Positions 38,551-48,533 of a stretch of 64,000 nt of DNA are shown piece by piece. Position 1 is the stretch's first letter. Each line of letters begins with the position of its first letter. The DNA is taken from IMG/VR virus record IMGVR_UViG_3300021963_000098; one strand, given 5' to 3'. Source of the stretch: an uncultured virus (IMG/VR IMGVR_UViG_3300021963_000098) (lineage: Duplodnaviria; Heunggongvirae; Uroviricota; Caudoviricetes). The notes below the pieces were generated by a model. That model saw nothing but the letters and a program-made list of their open reading frames with translations, was not told the origin of the DNA and did not search any database. The position numbers and the translations under genes were made by a program.

Positions 38551-39816
38551 ATGGCAAGACTGCAAGCAAAACGATTCGCTACACCTACGCCCAAAGCGGT
38601 GTTTGTAGATACGTCTACTCCGTTGCCTTTGCGGCCACTTACGCAAGTGTTCAAGATCAAGCCGGTCAAGGTTACCATTGGTGAAGTGAAGTATGTGGGC
38701 GAGGAACCAATGCCTCCGCAAGACAGACTACTCAACAACGGAGAAATGGCACGTATCTACAACTGGTATTCATATAACTGTGAAGGTTCAGATGCACGTG
38801 CCTGGATGGAGCAGTTGATTGGCGTCATGCCCAAACGTGCTCATCTGATTGAGCGTTATAAGAAAATGCAAGACTGGCGCCTTAGCCGTACAGCTGGTTG
38901 GATTTCACGGGTCATCATGCGCGGCGGCCATGTGCCCTTCAGTACTTTGCGCTATCTTGTCAAGGCCATCCGCATGGCTGAAATAGAATACAAAAAGTTC
39001 CTGGCTGACGAAGCCAGCAAAGAGGAAAAAACAGAAAAGCCCAAGGGCTACCAGCCCACTATACAAGAGCGCATGCGAGAGAAGCTGGGCGAGTGCCTGG
39101 GTGAAGCCGAAGGCCTAGTGGATGAGTTTGTGGGCAATGGGTACACAGGCAAGGTAAATGTGTTTGGCTTGTTCAAACAGTTTAACCTGCATCAGAACCA
39201 AATTGGCGATGTGCTAAAGTGGGCCAATCCCAAGCTAGAGGAATACCTTGAGCTACAAGAAGCACTCTCTAAAAAAGTAACAGCCAGAACAGACAATGAA
39301 GAACAGCTGGTGGAAGGATATAGTCACCTCACCAAGAAGCAGATTAAGAGTGCAATTGAGATGTGGACCACTGTGGTTGACGCCGCTAACAGCTATGGCA
39401 CAGTCAAGAAAGCTGAACGGGCACCACGCAAGCGCAAGCCAGTACCACTTGAGAAGCAGGTAAAAGGTATCAAGTTCCTCAAGAAAGATGATGCAACAGG
39501 ACTGGTTAGCATTGACCCAACCAAGCTGATTGGTTCAAGCGAAATCTGGGTGTACAATGTCAAGACACGCAAGATTGGTATCTATGTAGCAGATGATTAC
39601 AGCAAGGTGCTGTCTGTAAAAGGAGCCAGCCTGCTGGGGTTCAGTGCAAAAGACAGTCGTCAAAAGACCCTGCGCAAGCCAGAGCTACAGCTAAAAGAGT
39701 TCCTTACGCTGGGCAAGCCAGCGGCACGTAAGTGGCTGGAAAAGGTCAAGAGCACAGATATTGCTCTAAACGGACGCACCAACGAGCATACCATACTGCT
39801 AAGAGCATACAAGTAA
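38551..39816 (+). CDS. Basic hypothetical phage protein (421 aa)
   Basis: AAGGAG RBS; K-rich; C-term NGRTNEHTILLR. Confidence 0.75.
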   Translation: MARLQAKRFATPTPKAVFVDTSTPLPLRPLTQVFKIKPVKVTIGEVKYVGEEPMPPQDRLLNNGEMARIYNWYSYNCEGSDARAWMEQLIGVMPKRAHLIERYKKMQDWRLSRTAGWISRVIMRGGHVPFSTLRYLVKAIRMAEIEYKKFLADEASKEEKTEKPKGYQPTIQERMREKLGECLGEAEGLVDEFVGNGYTGKVNVFGLFKQFNLHQNQIGDVLKWANPKLEEYLELQEALSKKVTARTDNEEQLVEGYSHLTKKQIKSAIEMWTTVVDAANSYGTVKKAERAPRKRKPVPLEKQVKGIKFLKKDDATGLVSIDPTKLIGSSEIWVYNVKTRKIGIYVADDYSKVLSVKGASLLGFSAKDSRQKTLRKPELQLKEFLTLGKPAARKWLEKVKSTDIALNGRTNEHTILLRAYK

Positions 39817-39831
39817 AGTTTGCTATCATAC

Positions 39832-39868
39832 AAAGCCTCCGGTAGGTAAATATACTATCGGAGGCTTT
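39832..39868 (+). terminator. Hairpin (terminator/RBS sequestering) enclosing a late promoter
   Basis: AAAGCCTCCGGTAG-GTAAATATA-CTATCGGAGGCTTT. Confidence 0.75.
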
Positions 39869-39871
39869 CCT

Positions 39872-40615
39872 ATGGCATTGACTACAAGAAACGACATCAT
39901 ACGCGAGATTGAGCTTCGCTTGGGCGGAGGCATGGTTGATGTTGAATTAGATCGCGACCATTATGATGTTGCAATACAGCGAGCTCTAAACAAGTACAGA
40001 CAGCGCAGTTCCAATTCAGTTGAAGAGGGCTACCTTGTGCTGAATCTTGCACCAGAGCAGGACACTTACATCTTACCTCAAGAAGTCATCCAAGTACGCT
40101 ATCTTTTCCGCAGTGGTGCAGGTGGTGTATCGTCGGGTGTTTCGTTTGAACCCTTTGGTGCCGCGTACATCAATGCCTACCTACTGCAAAGCACAGGCTC
40201 TGGCACTCTGGTCAACTATGAAATCTATTCACAATATCGCGAACTGCTTGGTAGAATGTTCGGTCAAGAGATCCTGTTTGATTGGGTTGAACAAACCAAA
40301 ACGCTTAGACTACATCGCAATATCAAGGTTGAAAATGACTCGATCATTGTTCAGGCCTATATGTATAGACCCGAATCTTCTTTGATAAATGATGTCTATG
40401 CTGGTACCTGGATAAAAGATTATGCTGCCGCTCACTGTAAAATGATGTTGGGTGAGGCTCGTAGTAAATTTGCACAAATTGCAGGCCCACAAGGTGGTAG
40501 CGCATTAAACGGAGAAAATCTCAAAGTTGAAGCCCAAGCCGAGTTAGAAAAATTAGAATTATCTATGGCACTCTATGAAGAAGGCGGAAAGCCACTTGGT
40601 ATTGTTATAGGTTGA
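39872..40615 (+). CDS. Neck/head-tail adaptor protein (T4 gp13-like)
   Basis: LRLGGGMVDVEL, WIKDYA.A.CK..LGEARSKF..I.GPQGG..LNG. Confidence 0.85.
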   Translation: MALTTRNDIIREIELRLGGGMVDVELDRDHYDVAIQRALNKYRQRSSNSVEEGYLVLNLAPEQDTYILPQEVIQVRYLFRSGAGGVSSGVSFEPFGAAYINAYLLQSTGSGTLVNYEIYSQYRELLGRMFGQEILFDWVEQTKTLRLHRNIKVENDSIIVQAYMYRPESSLINDVYAGTWIKDYAAAHCKMMLGEARSKFAQIAGPQGGSALNGENLKVEAQAELEKLELSMALYEEGGKPLGIVIG

Positions 40616-40640
40616 CCTTGATTTTTGATTCTGCTATATT
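40612..40640 (+). promoter_or_regulatory. Sigma70-type promoter, probably leaderless
   Basis: TTGACC-N17-TATATT, 6 nt before ATG 40647. Confidence 0.75.
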
Positions 40641-40646
40641 AGCAGT

Positions 40647-41264
40647 ATGACAAAACTCATCGGCATCTGCGGTTTTATAGGTTCAGGCAAAGACACAGCC
40701 GCAGATTATCTAGTTAACATCCACGGGTTTCGAAGAGACTCATTTGCCGCTACTCTCAAAGATGCTGTTGCCGCAGTGTTTGGGTGGGATCGAGAAATGC
40801 TCGAAGGCCGCACCAAACACGCACGTGAATGGCGAGAACAAGTGGACCCATGGTGGGCAGATCGTCTTGCAATGCCCGACTTGACTCCCCGACTGGTGCT
40901 ACAGCTATGGGGCACAGAAGTGTGCCGCAAAGGCTTTCACAATGACATTTGGATTGCCAGCGTGGAAAACAAACTGCGCACCAGCCAAGACAACATCGTC
41001 ATCTCAGATTGTCGTTTTCCAAACGAAATAAAATCTATCAAATCAGCCGGTGGCAAGGTTATCTGGGTACAACGTGGAATCTTACCACATTGGCATGATG
41101 TTGCTGTGCAGGCCAATAGAGGTAGTGACTCTGCACAACGATTCCTGGCACAAGAAGGCATACATGCCAGTGAAACAGCCTGGGTTGGTACCAATTTTGA
41201 CTATATAATAGACAACAACCAATCGTTTGATGAGCTGTACAAACAGCTCAATGCTGTGTTATGA
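40647..41264 (+). CDS. Deoxynucleoside monophosphate kinase (T4 gp1-like)
   Basis: GFIGSGKDT P-loop, TPR.VLQ.WGTE, ISDCRFPNE, HASE. Confidence 0.9.
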   Translation: MTKLIGICGFIGSGKDTAADYLVNIHGFRRDSFAATLKDAVAAVFGWDREMLEGRTKHAREWREQVDPWWADRLAMPDLTPRLVLQLWGTEVCRKGFHNDIWIASVENKLRTSQDNIVISDCRFPNEIKSIKSAGGKVIWVQRGILPHWHDVAVQANRGSDSAQRFLAQEGIHASETAWVGTNFDYIIDNNQSFDELYKQLNAVL

Positions 41265-41372
41265 TGCGCATGCTGGATAACGAAATCTAAGGTTCCTGGT
41301 AAATACCGTCCATTTTCCTGAGCTTTGGCTAAATAGATACAGCTGAAAAGCCAATACTCAGGAGACTTGAAC

Positions 41373-43736
41373 ATGGCAACTTTAACTTCACCAGGCGTAG
41401 CGATTAGCGTCATCGACGAAAGCGTCTACGTTTCAGCCGGCAACGGCACAGTACCACTGATAGCGATTGCTACAGAGGCTAACAAATTTAGCGTGGACGG
41501 ATCCACGATTGCTACAGGAACAACCCAATCAAACGTCTTAGAATTGTTAACCAGCCAGCGTGATCTTTTGATCCGTTACGGCAAGCCACAGTTCAAGATT
41601 GTTGACGGCACACCAGTACATGGTTACGAAACAAACGAATATGGTCTTTATGCGGCCTACAGCTTCTTGGGCTTGGCCAACCGTGCATACGTTATTCGTG
41701 CAGACGTTGACCTAGCACAGCTAGAGCCAACTGCTATAGAGCCAACATCACAACCTGCGGCAGGTACATACTGGCTCGATACGTCAGCCGCACGTTTTGG
41801 TCTTTTCGTAAGTGCTGCCGCAGGTGCAGCCTTTGACAACTGGTCAGCTGTTACTCTTCTATTGCCTGCAGCCGCAGACCTAACTGGTTCTGCACCATCT
41901 GCGTCCTTTGGATCCAACGGCGATTATGCTTGGGTAACTCAGACTAACGTAAATCAAGTGTATCTAAAGACTGCAGGTACTTGGGCCGCAGTAACTTCGG
42001 GTGTAACTATTGCTCCACACTATAGCATTCCAACTGCCACAGCGGCAGGCGAACTATGGTTCAAAACAACTGCTCCAAACAATGGCTTCTTGCCAGCATT
42101 GAAGAAGTATGTTATTGCAAGCGGTCAGGTTGTAGGTACTTGGGTAAATGCACAAACTGCTATCTTGGCTTATCCAGATGATGCCACGGCTAACACCAAC
42201 GGTCAGAATGTCATCAACCGCGTGTACGCCAAGACCACATCAGGCTCAGCAGCCTTCAAATTGCGTATCTATACAACATCAGGCTGGGAAGACCTTACAT
42301 ATGAAGCCAATCCCAATGAGCCCACAGCCGAAGCGGCAGTCGGTACATTGTGGTACAATGACGAGTTAGCAGTTGACTTATACCGCAAAGGCGCACTTGG
42401 TTGGGAGCCAATCGACAACGCCAACGTGTATATCAATACTGATGCACCTGCAGGTCCTTCAACAGGTGATATCTGGGTTGACAGCTCAGACATGGAAAAC
42501 TATCCAAAGATTTATGAATTCAATGGTGCTTCATGGGACTTGCATGACAATTCAGATCAAACAACACCAATGGGTGTAGTGTTTGCTGACTTGACAACCA
42601 CTGCAAATGACGACACTGATGGCGGAGCGGCAACATTGGTTGACGTTGATGCACCAGATCCATTGTTCTACCCAACAGGCATGCTGTGCTGGAACGCAAT
42701 CGTTTCAACTGGCAACGTCAAGGCCTACAACGGTACATATTGGCAGACAGAATCTGGCAACTACGATTCAGGATTCAATGCAGGCGCACCTTACATGTTG
42801 CGCAAGGCACAGCGTCGTGTGGTTGTCAAGCGTCTACAAGCGGCACTTCGTGAAGAGACACTGGCCGACGAAACAGTAAGCTTCAGCTTAATGGCTTGCC
42901 CATCTTATCCAGAAACAATCGACGAGATGATCGAATTGAACGTTAACCGCAAGGAAACAGCATTTATTGTTGCTGATACTCCATTGCGTCTAAGCGGTCG
43001 TGGATCAGCTGTTGAAACCTGGGCAAATGGTACCAATGCTGGCGTCAATGGCGAAGATGGGCTTGTAACACGCAACACCAACGTAGCTGTTTACTACCCA
43101 AGTGCAATCACATCGGACCTTGACGGTAATGATGTTGTTGTTCCTGCCAGCCATGCAGTTCTACGCACTTATGCCTACAACGACCAAGTGGCTTATCCTT
43201 GGTTTGCTCCAGCTGGTCTACAGCGCGGCGCAGTAAGCAACGTGACAAACTTTGGTTATGTCAACAGTGAAAGTGAATTTGTACCACTAGCGTTGAGCCA
43301 AGGCATGCGTGATGCATTGTATGTCAAGCGCATCAACCCAATGACAAACTTCCCAGGTCAGGGCTTGTTTGTGTTTGGTCAGAAGACACTGCATCCATAT
43401 GACAGCGCACTGGATCGTGTGAACGTAGCACGTTTGGTTTGCTATTTGCGTGAACGTTTTGAACCATTGGCTCGTCCGTTCATATTTGAACCAAATGACA
43501 AGCAGACACGTTTATCTGTTAAGAACCGTTTCGATGACTTCTTGACTGACATGCTCAGCAAGAGAGCGTTGTACGACTTCTTGGTTGTTTGCGACGAAAC
43601 AAACAACACACCTGCTCGAATCGACAGAAACGAGCTGTATGTGGACGTAGCTATTGCTCCTGTAAAGGCCGCGGAATTCATCTACATTCCAATACGTGTA
43701 GTTAATACCGGTAGTCTTGGACCGGCGGCGGCCTAA
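41373..43736 (+). CDS. gp18: Contractile tail sheath protein
   Basis: SPGVAISVIDES, PWFAPAG..RG, INP, FGQKT, DRVNVARL, FEPND, CDETNNTPARIDRNE. Confidence 0.95.
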   Translation: MATLTSPGVAISVIDESVYVSAGNGTVPLIAIATEANKFSVDGSTIATGTTQSNVLELLTSQRDLLIRYGKPQFKIVDGTPVHGYETNEYGLYAAYSFLGLANRAYVIRADVDLAQLEPTAIEPTSQPAAGTYWLDTSAARFGLFVSAAAGAAFDNWSAVTLLLPAAADLTGSAPSASFGSNGDYAWVTQTNVNQVYLKTAGTWAAVTSGVTIAPHYSIPTATAAGELWFKTTAPNNGFLPALKKYVIASGQVVGTWVNAQTAILAYPDDATANTNGQNVINRVYAKTTSGSAAFKLRIYTTSGWEDLTYEANPNEPTAEAAVGTLWYNDELAVDLYRKGALGWEPIDNANVYINTDAPAGPSTGDIWVDSSDMENYPKIYEFNGASWDLHDNSDQTTPMGVVFADLTTTANDDTDGGAATLVDVDAPDPLFYPTGMLCWNAIVSTGNVKAYNGTYWQTESGNYDSGFNAGAPYMLRKAQRRVVVKRLQAALREETLADETVSFSLMACPSYPETIDEMIELNVNRKETAFIVADTPLRLSGRGSAVETWANGTNAGVNGEDGLVTRNTNVAVYYPSAITSDLDGNDVVVPASHAVLRTYAYNDQVAYPWFAPAGLQRGAVSNVTNFGYVNSESEFVPLALSQGMRDALYVKRINPMTNFPGQGLFVFGQKTLHPYDSALDRVNVARLVCYLRERFEPLARPFIFEPNDKQTRLSVKNRFDDFLTDMLSKRALYDFLVVCDETNNTPARIDRNELYVDVAIAPVKAAEFIYIPIRVVNTGSLGPAAA

Positions 43737-43742
43737 GGCATA

Positions 43743-43779
43743 GCCTAGAAAAGAGATCAATTAGGCCTCTTTTCTAGGC
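43743..43779 (+). terminator. 13-bp inverted repeat after the sheath gene
   Basis: GCCTAGAAAAGAG-N11-CTCTTTTCTAGGC. Confidence 0.7.
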
Positions 43780-43805
43780 GTACTAAATGAATATGAACCC
43801 GGCAG

Positions 43806-43813
43806 TATAAATA
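43806..43813 (+). promoter_or_regulatory. Perfect T4-type late promoter
   Basis: TATAAATA upstream of AGGAGG RBS of the tube gene. Confidence 0.85.
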
Positions 43814-43838
43814 AACATAGATTCAGGAGGAATACCAA

Positions 43839-44477
43839 ATGGCCACCGTTATAAATTTTGGCGTACCACAGCTCTCAGGAGGCGGAAGCGATTCCCCTAT
43901 CCTGATGCCAAAGTTAGCTTATCGTTTCCGTGTCACACTATTGAACTTTGGTGGACTTGCGGCAACCAGTACATTGACCTCACAAGTGGTCAGTGTAACC
44001 AAGCCTAACTTAACACATGAAGAAATTACTGTTGATGTATACAACTCAAAGATTTACCTTGCTGGTAAACACACTTGGGATCCAATTACATTGACTGTGA
44101 AGGATGATATTAGCGGACAAGTAGACAGAGCTATTGCGGCTCAGCTACAGCGTCAGTTGAATCATGCGGCACAAAGCGCACCAGTTGCAGGTGCAAACTA
44201 CAAGTTTTCAATGAAAATTGAAGCACTTGATGGCGGAAACAATGTAAACGTAGCAGGCGACACTCCAATCGTTCTTGACGAATGGACATTGGCAGGCTGC
44301 TTCTTGCAGAACGTACAATATGGCGAAAACAACTATGCTACCAGCGACGTTGTAAACATCACCATGCAGATTCGTTACGATAACGCCGATCACGTTGTAA
44401 ACGGTAGCTCACAGCTATCAATTCAACCTAATAGAGCAACTGGGTTAGCTACAGCAACAGCTAACGGCGCACAATAA
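43839..44477 (+). CDS. gp19: Tail tube protein
   Basis: PKLAYRFRV, YLAGKHTWDPITLT..DD, IRYDNA; follows sheath. Confidence 0.85.
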   Translation: MATVINFGVPQLSGGGSDSPILMPKLAYRFRVTLLNFGGLAATSTLTSQVVSVTKPNLTHEEITVDVYNSKIYLAGKHTWDPITLTVKDDISGQVDRAIAAQLQRQLNHAAQSAPVAGANYKFSMKIEALDGGNNVNVAGDTPIVLDEWTLAGCFLQNVQYGENNYATSDVVNITMQIRYDNADHVVNGSSQLSIQPNRATGLATATANGAQ

Positions 44478-44492
44478 TAAAGGGGATGGCCC

Positions 44493-45332
44493 ATGACTAC
44501 AGTTAATACTGGCGGTAGGGGCCTGATCCAATTTGATAACGTAGCTACACAGTTTGGTCCAGGCCAAACCACAGAAGTTAGAAATCGTTATCAGTGGTCG
44601 TTACAATTTGGTCCTACTGCTCAACTCACAGGTGGCACTATTGGTGGTGCAGTAGGTATCAATGATAACGGAACCATTGGATACTACATCAAAGCAACTG
44701 ATTTACCTAGAGTAACAGTTGAAACACAAACATTAAATCAATACAACATTCGTAGGAACGTGAACACTCATGTTTCCTACGAACCGTTGACTATGACATT
44801 CTACGATACGCAAGATAATGCTTTTCAAAAATATCTACTGGCGTATACAAATTTCAAGTCTAAGAATTGGTCCAATGCCAACAATGTGAGAGCACCATTT
44901 CAATTGGGCTCAGGGTACGTGCCTGAATTTGGTATGCGCTCTCCTATAACAGGATTTGGCCAAGGCGGTATAATTGACGGAGTCAATCTAGGTGACCTCA
45001 GCTTGACCCAGACCAGCAATGATAACTTTTGCAGTCACATTGTGATAGTGAAAGAAATGAAGGGCGATGGAAATACAGACAAAGCCCAAGAGATCACAAT
45101 ATACAATCCTAAAATTGTTGATATCAGCCAGGATCAACTGGATTATGCGGATGGATCTTCGGTACTGACATGGACAATCACATGGCGATATGAAAGCTAT
45201 GAGTATGGACCACCAAGAACAACTTCTCTAACAGCAGTTGGTGGTGTCACTGGCGATGTGGCAAGAGCTGTACAAGAAACAGGTCGTAGCATTGGCCGAT
45301 TCTTTGAAAATCTTGCTAGAAGGATTTTCTAA
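44493..45332 (+). CDS. Tube-like baseplate/tube initiator protein (gp54/gp48-like)
   Basis: DLPRVT.ETQTLNQYN, YEPLTMTFYD, LDYADG. Confidence 0.6.
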   Translation: MTTVNTGGRGLIQFDNVATQFGPGQTTEVRNRYQWSLQFGPTAQLTGGTIGGAVGINDNGTIGYYIKATDLPRVTVETQTLNQYNIRRNVNTHVSYEPLTMTFYDTQDNAFQKYLLAYTNFKSKNWSNANNVRAPFQLGSGYVPEFGMRSPITGFGQGGIIDGVNLGDLSLTQTSNDNFCSHIVIVKEMKGDGNTDKAQEITIYNPKIVDISQDQLDYADGSSVLTWTITWRYESYEYGPPRTTSLTAVGGVTGDVARAVQETGRSIGRFFENLARRIF

Positions 45333-45754
45333 TGGCAGAATTAAACAACATAGTAACTGCTTCTGTAACACAGGAAGAATTTGGTATTTTCAAGACCACG
45401 ATTGTTGAATACAACGGTAACTTTGAAAATGCTTCTGCAGAAAACAAAGCAGGCTTGACCAGTATTAACCTTGGGCAATTTGATCGCTTGCGTAGTCAGT
45501 TGCAATCACAAGGCATTGACAAATTTGGTTCACAACTCATTGCCAAAGAAATGCTCAAGCTAGTTAAAAATGGCACTTTCACGTTTGGTGAAATATCCAA
45601 CATTGCCAACAGCTATGCTGTGGCACAGGGCGGATTCAAGTTCACACAACTGTATCTAGATTCTCTCAATGCTGAACGTGCAACTACCAGCAGACTAGAC
45701 TTGATTGGTGACGAACCAATTCCTGAACATGTTAACAGAGCGATAATATATTGA
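45332..45754 (+). CDS. Hypothetical protein
   Basis: TAATG-coupled 140-aa ORF. Confidence 0.6.
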   Translation: MAELNNIVTASVTQEEFGIFKTTIVEYNGNFENASAENKAGLTSINLGQFDRLRSQLQSQGIDKFGSQLIAKEMLKLVKNGTFTFGEISNIANSYAVAQGGFKFTQLYLDSLNAERATTSRLDLIGDEPIPEHVNRAIIY

Positions 45755-45755
45755 T

Positions 45756-46196
45756 ATGGCAAGAAATTATGTTCAAGGGTTTTATCAACCAGTCAACAAA
45801 GAAAAATACATAGGATCAAACAGGCCTAAGTATCGCAGTGGCTGGGAACTAACATTCATGCGTTTTTGTGACAACCATCCCAGCATTGTAGGATGGGCTA
45901 GTGAAAGCATTCGAATCCCCTACAAAAATCCATTTACTGGAAAAGCAACAACATATTATCCAGACTTCTTGATCACGTATCAGGACAAAGACGGCAACAA
46001 AAAAGCCGAAGTCATTGAGATCAAACCCAAGGGACAAGCACTGTTGGAAAAAGCTCGCAGTCAAAGTGAGAAAGCCGCAGTGGTATTAAACATGGCCAAG
46101 TGGGAAGCCGCACGTGCATGGTGCAAGCAGATGGGCATGCAGTTCCGTGTGGTAACCGAATCTGAGCTATATAACAACATGGGCGGTAAACGATGA
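45756..46196 (+). CDS. Head completion nuclease (T4 gp4-like, TnsA-type)
   Basis: YRSGWE..FM.FCD, WASE..IPY, YYPDF, IEIKP, N.AKW.AA..WC. Confidence 0.9.
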   Translation: MARNYVQGFYQPVNKEKYIGSNRPKYRSGWELTFMRFCDNHPSIVGWASESIRIPYKNPFTGKATTYYPDFLITYQDKDGNKKAEVIEIKPKGQALLEKARSQSEKAAVVLNMAKWEAARAWCKQMGMQFRVVTESELYNNMGGKR

Positions 46197-46690
46197 ACAA
46201 AAAACTAGAAAATCTATTCAACTTGCCTGAAGTAGACAGTGAGCCGCTTACCGCAGAAGAAACTCAAACTGAAATCATGGAACTTCGTTCAACATTAGAC
46301 ATGAGCAAGCGAATTGATGCGGCTCTTGAAGAAGTAAAAGACATAAGCGAAACAGAGCAGGCATTGGATAATCTTGCAACCAAGGCAGAAGAAGCATTTG
46401 ATCAATTGATGGTGCTTGGTGCAAACATGGATGATCGTAATTCAGGTAAAATATTTGAAGTTGCGTCTACCATGCTAAAGAACGCAGTAGATGCCAAAAC
46501 AGCCAAGCTCGAAAAGAAATTGCGCATCGTTGAGCTACAAATGCGCAAGGAAAAAATGGACAGGGATGCCAGCAAAGCAGGACCAAATGGCCCGGTAGTT
46601 GATGCTGTGATGGTGACAGATAGAAACAGCATTATCCAGGAAATGATGAAGAAACTCAAAGATTCAAACAGCTCAGGCGAAGATAAATAA
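46193..46690 (+). CDS. Terminase small subunit-like protein
   Basis: Helical, IFEVAS.ML..A.DAK..K and C-term DRN motif; near the large terminase. Confidence 0.6.
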   Translation: MNKKLENLFNLPEVDSEPLTAEETQTEIMELRSTLDMSKRIDAALEEVKDISETEQALDNLATKAEEAFDQLMVLGANMDDRNSGKIFEVASTMLKNAVDAKTAKLEKKLRIVELQMRKEKMDRDASKAGPNGPVVDAVMVTDRNSIIQEMMKKLKDSNSSGEDK

Positions 46691-46708
46691 ATCAGAGGTG
46701 ATAAAACC

Positions 46709-47305
46709 ATGTCCAGTCTAAAAGAATTCATTTATAACAGCCAACCCGAGTACGAGTACAGGGTTAAAATGACCGCCGAGCCAGTTGAAGAGCTTATGGA
46801 TCGCTTTGAAGCACATCTAGTCAAGTATGATGTTAAAAAAGTAGCAAAGCCTGTGAAGCTAATGCTTCAATCACACAATGTGGATTTTCCAGACAGCCGC
46901 GGTGTTGAAATTTGGTATGTTGATATTACACTAGGGCTTCCTGCTCAACCACGTGCATTGGCCATGGAACTAGGAGAAGCCATGGGCATCAGCGAAAATC
47001 AAATAAAAATTCGCGGTGCAAATGAAGGCATTGAACTAGATCAACGTGCCGAACTAGAGTCAAGCAACAAAGAATACAAAGTTAAGATGGGCACCGAGTA
47101 CGGAGCAGACGAAGGTCCAAGAAAAGAACCATTGTTTGGTGACGAATACAACAGCATGTTCATGAAAGAACTGGCCAAGGCACAAAAAGATCGTGTGTTC
47201 AAATACGAATTTTCTGCCAAAGTACCTGATGCCAAACGAGAGCCGCTAGAGTCCACAACATCTACAAGTCCTATCAGCGGTGCTGAACAGGAGAAATACA
47301 GATGA
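46709..47305 (+). CDS. Hypothetical (possible head) protein
   Basis: Late promoter plus GAGG RBS; YEYRVK, FGDEYN. Confidence 0.6.
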   Translation: MSSLKEFIYNSQPEYEYRVKMTAEPVEELMDRFEAHLVKYDVKKVAKPVKLMLQSHNVDFPDSRGVEIWYVDITLGLPAQPRALAMELGEAMGISENQIKIRGANEGIELDQRAELESSNKEYKVKMGTEYGADEGPRKEPLFGDEYNSMFMKELAKAQKDRVFKYEFSAKVPDAKREPLESTTSTSPISGAEQEKYR

Positions 47306-48480
47306 GAGAACTCAAACAATTAACAGAAGCTAATGCACTAGTTGATGCCGCAGACAAGTTTGACGACATCTATCTTCGCATTGAAGCCTTGGCCAGCCAT
47401 GCACATGACCTTATCAAGTACGCTGGCGAAGAACAATTAGTTGGCGACTGGTGGCAAGGTATGCAAGATGCCATGCAAAAGATGCAAGCAATAACAGATG
47501 AAATTCGCCAGCCTAAACTACCAGGCATGGAATCAGTTGAAGAACAACAAGATGCGCCACAGGTGCAAGAGGAGACTCAGATGTCAAACATCGACGATAT
47601 GATCACTAGCTTGAGCAAGCTAGCAGGTCTACCAGTAGCAGAAGGCAGCAAGCCAGATTTCTTAGACGTTGACAAAGACGGCAACAAAAAAGAACCTTTC
47701 AAAGCAGCCGTAGATGACAAAGAAGAAGACAAAGAAGACGATGTCAAGGAAAGCGTTGAGCTAGACGAATGCGGTATGCCAATGGCAGTATCATATAGTG
47801 ATGCAACAGATTCATATCCTGGTCAAGAAAATGGCCCAGCTGAACCTACCGCTGACATGTACAAGCTAGACGTCAAGACAGCCAACAAGACCATGACTTT
47901 TATTACAGACAATCCAGAAGAAATCATGCAAGTGCTGAAAGCCTCAGGGGTTGACATCAAGTCATCGGAGACCACTGCTGGATTCCAACCACCAGCACAA
48001 GTACCAGTTCCTCAGGTAAATTCAACTCCTAGCTCTCCAGCTGAACCAACAGAAGAAGCTGTTGGCGACAAAACACGTTCATCAACTGGCGGTACTACTA
48101 CTCAGACTGCAACAGGACAGGTACACAAAGCAGGCGCTGGCAACTATGGCGGTGCCAACGATGACGAACTTGATGCACAAGAAGAAGATGATGAAGAGGA
48201 CAAGAAGGTAGCAGAAAGCATTGCTGTGCTTCGTAAGATGTCTGGATTTGCACCTGTATCAGAAGGCAAGTTTGGCAACAGCGTAGCAGGTGCCAAGGGA
48301 GATCCGCGTATTGTCGGTGACACCATTGACTTTGCATTGTCAGGCACAGGCAATGCCAAAAGCGGTCGCGGAGACAAAGGTCTAAGCACCTTGGGCGACA
48401 ATCCACTAGGTCGCAACGATCGCGATGTCTCAGAATCAATCCATCGTGAATTTGCTGAATTTCTCAAAGAGAGCAAGTAA
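47302..48480 (+). CDS. Acidic probable internal head protein with EF-hand-like loop
   Basis: KPDFLDVDKDGNKKEP; multiple (L/V)xE(S/A/G) sites; LSKLAGL motif. Confidence 0.6.
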   Translation: MRELKQLTEANALVDAADKFDDIYLRIEALASHAHDLIKYAGEEQLVGDWWQGMQDAMQKMQAITDEIRQPKLPGMESVEEQQDAPQVQEETQMSNIDDMITSLSKLAGLPVAEGSKPDFLDVDKDGNKKEPFKAAVDDKEEDKEDDVKESVELDECGMPMAVSYSDATDSYPGQENGPAEPTADMYKLDVKTANKTMTFITDNPEEIMQVLKASGVDIKSSETTAGFQPPAQVPVPQVNSTPSSPAEPTEEAVGDKTRSSTGGTTTQTATGQVHKAGAGNYGGANDDELDAQEEDDEEDKKVAESIAVLRKMSGFAPVSEGKFGNSVAGAKGDPRIVGDTIDFALSGTGNAKSGRGDKGLSTLGDNPLGRNDRDVSESIHREFAEFLKESK

Positions 48481-48491
48481 GTGATTGACAT

Positions 48492-48518
48492 GAAAGCCCC
48501 CATGCGGGGCTTTCTCTT
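48492..48518 (+). terminator. Rho-independent terminator
   Basis: GAAAGCCCC-CATGC-GGGGCTTTC then TCTT. Confidence 0.75.
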
Positions 48519-48533
48519 GGCTACATAATACAT

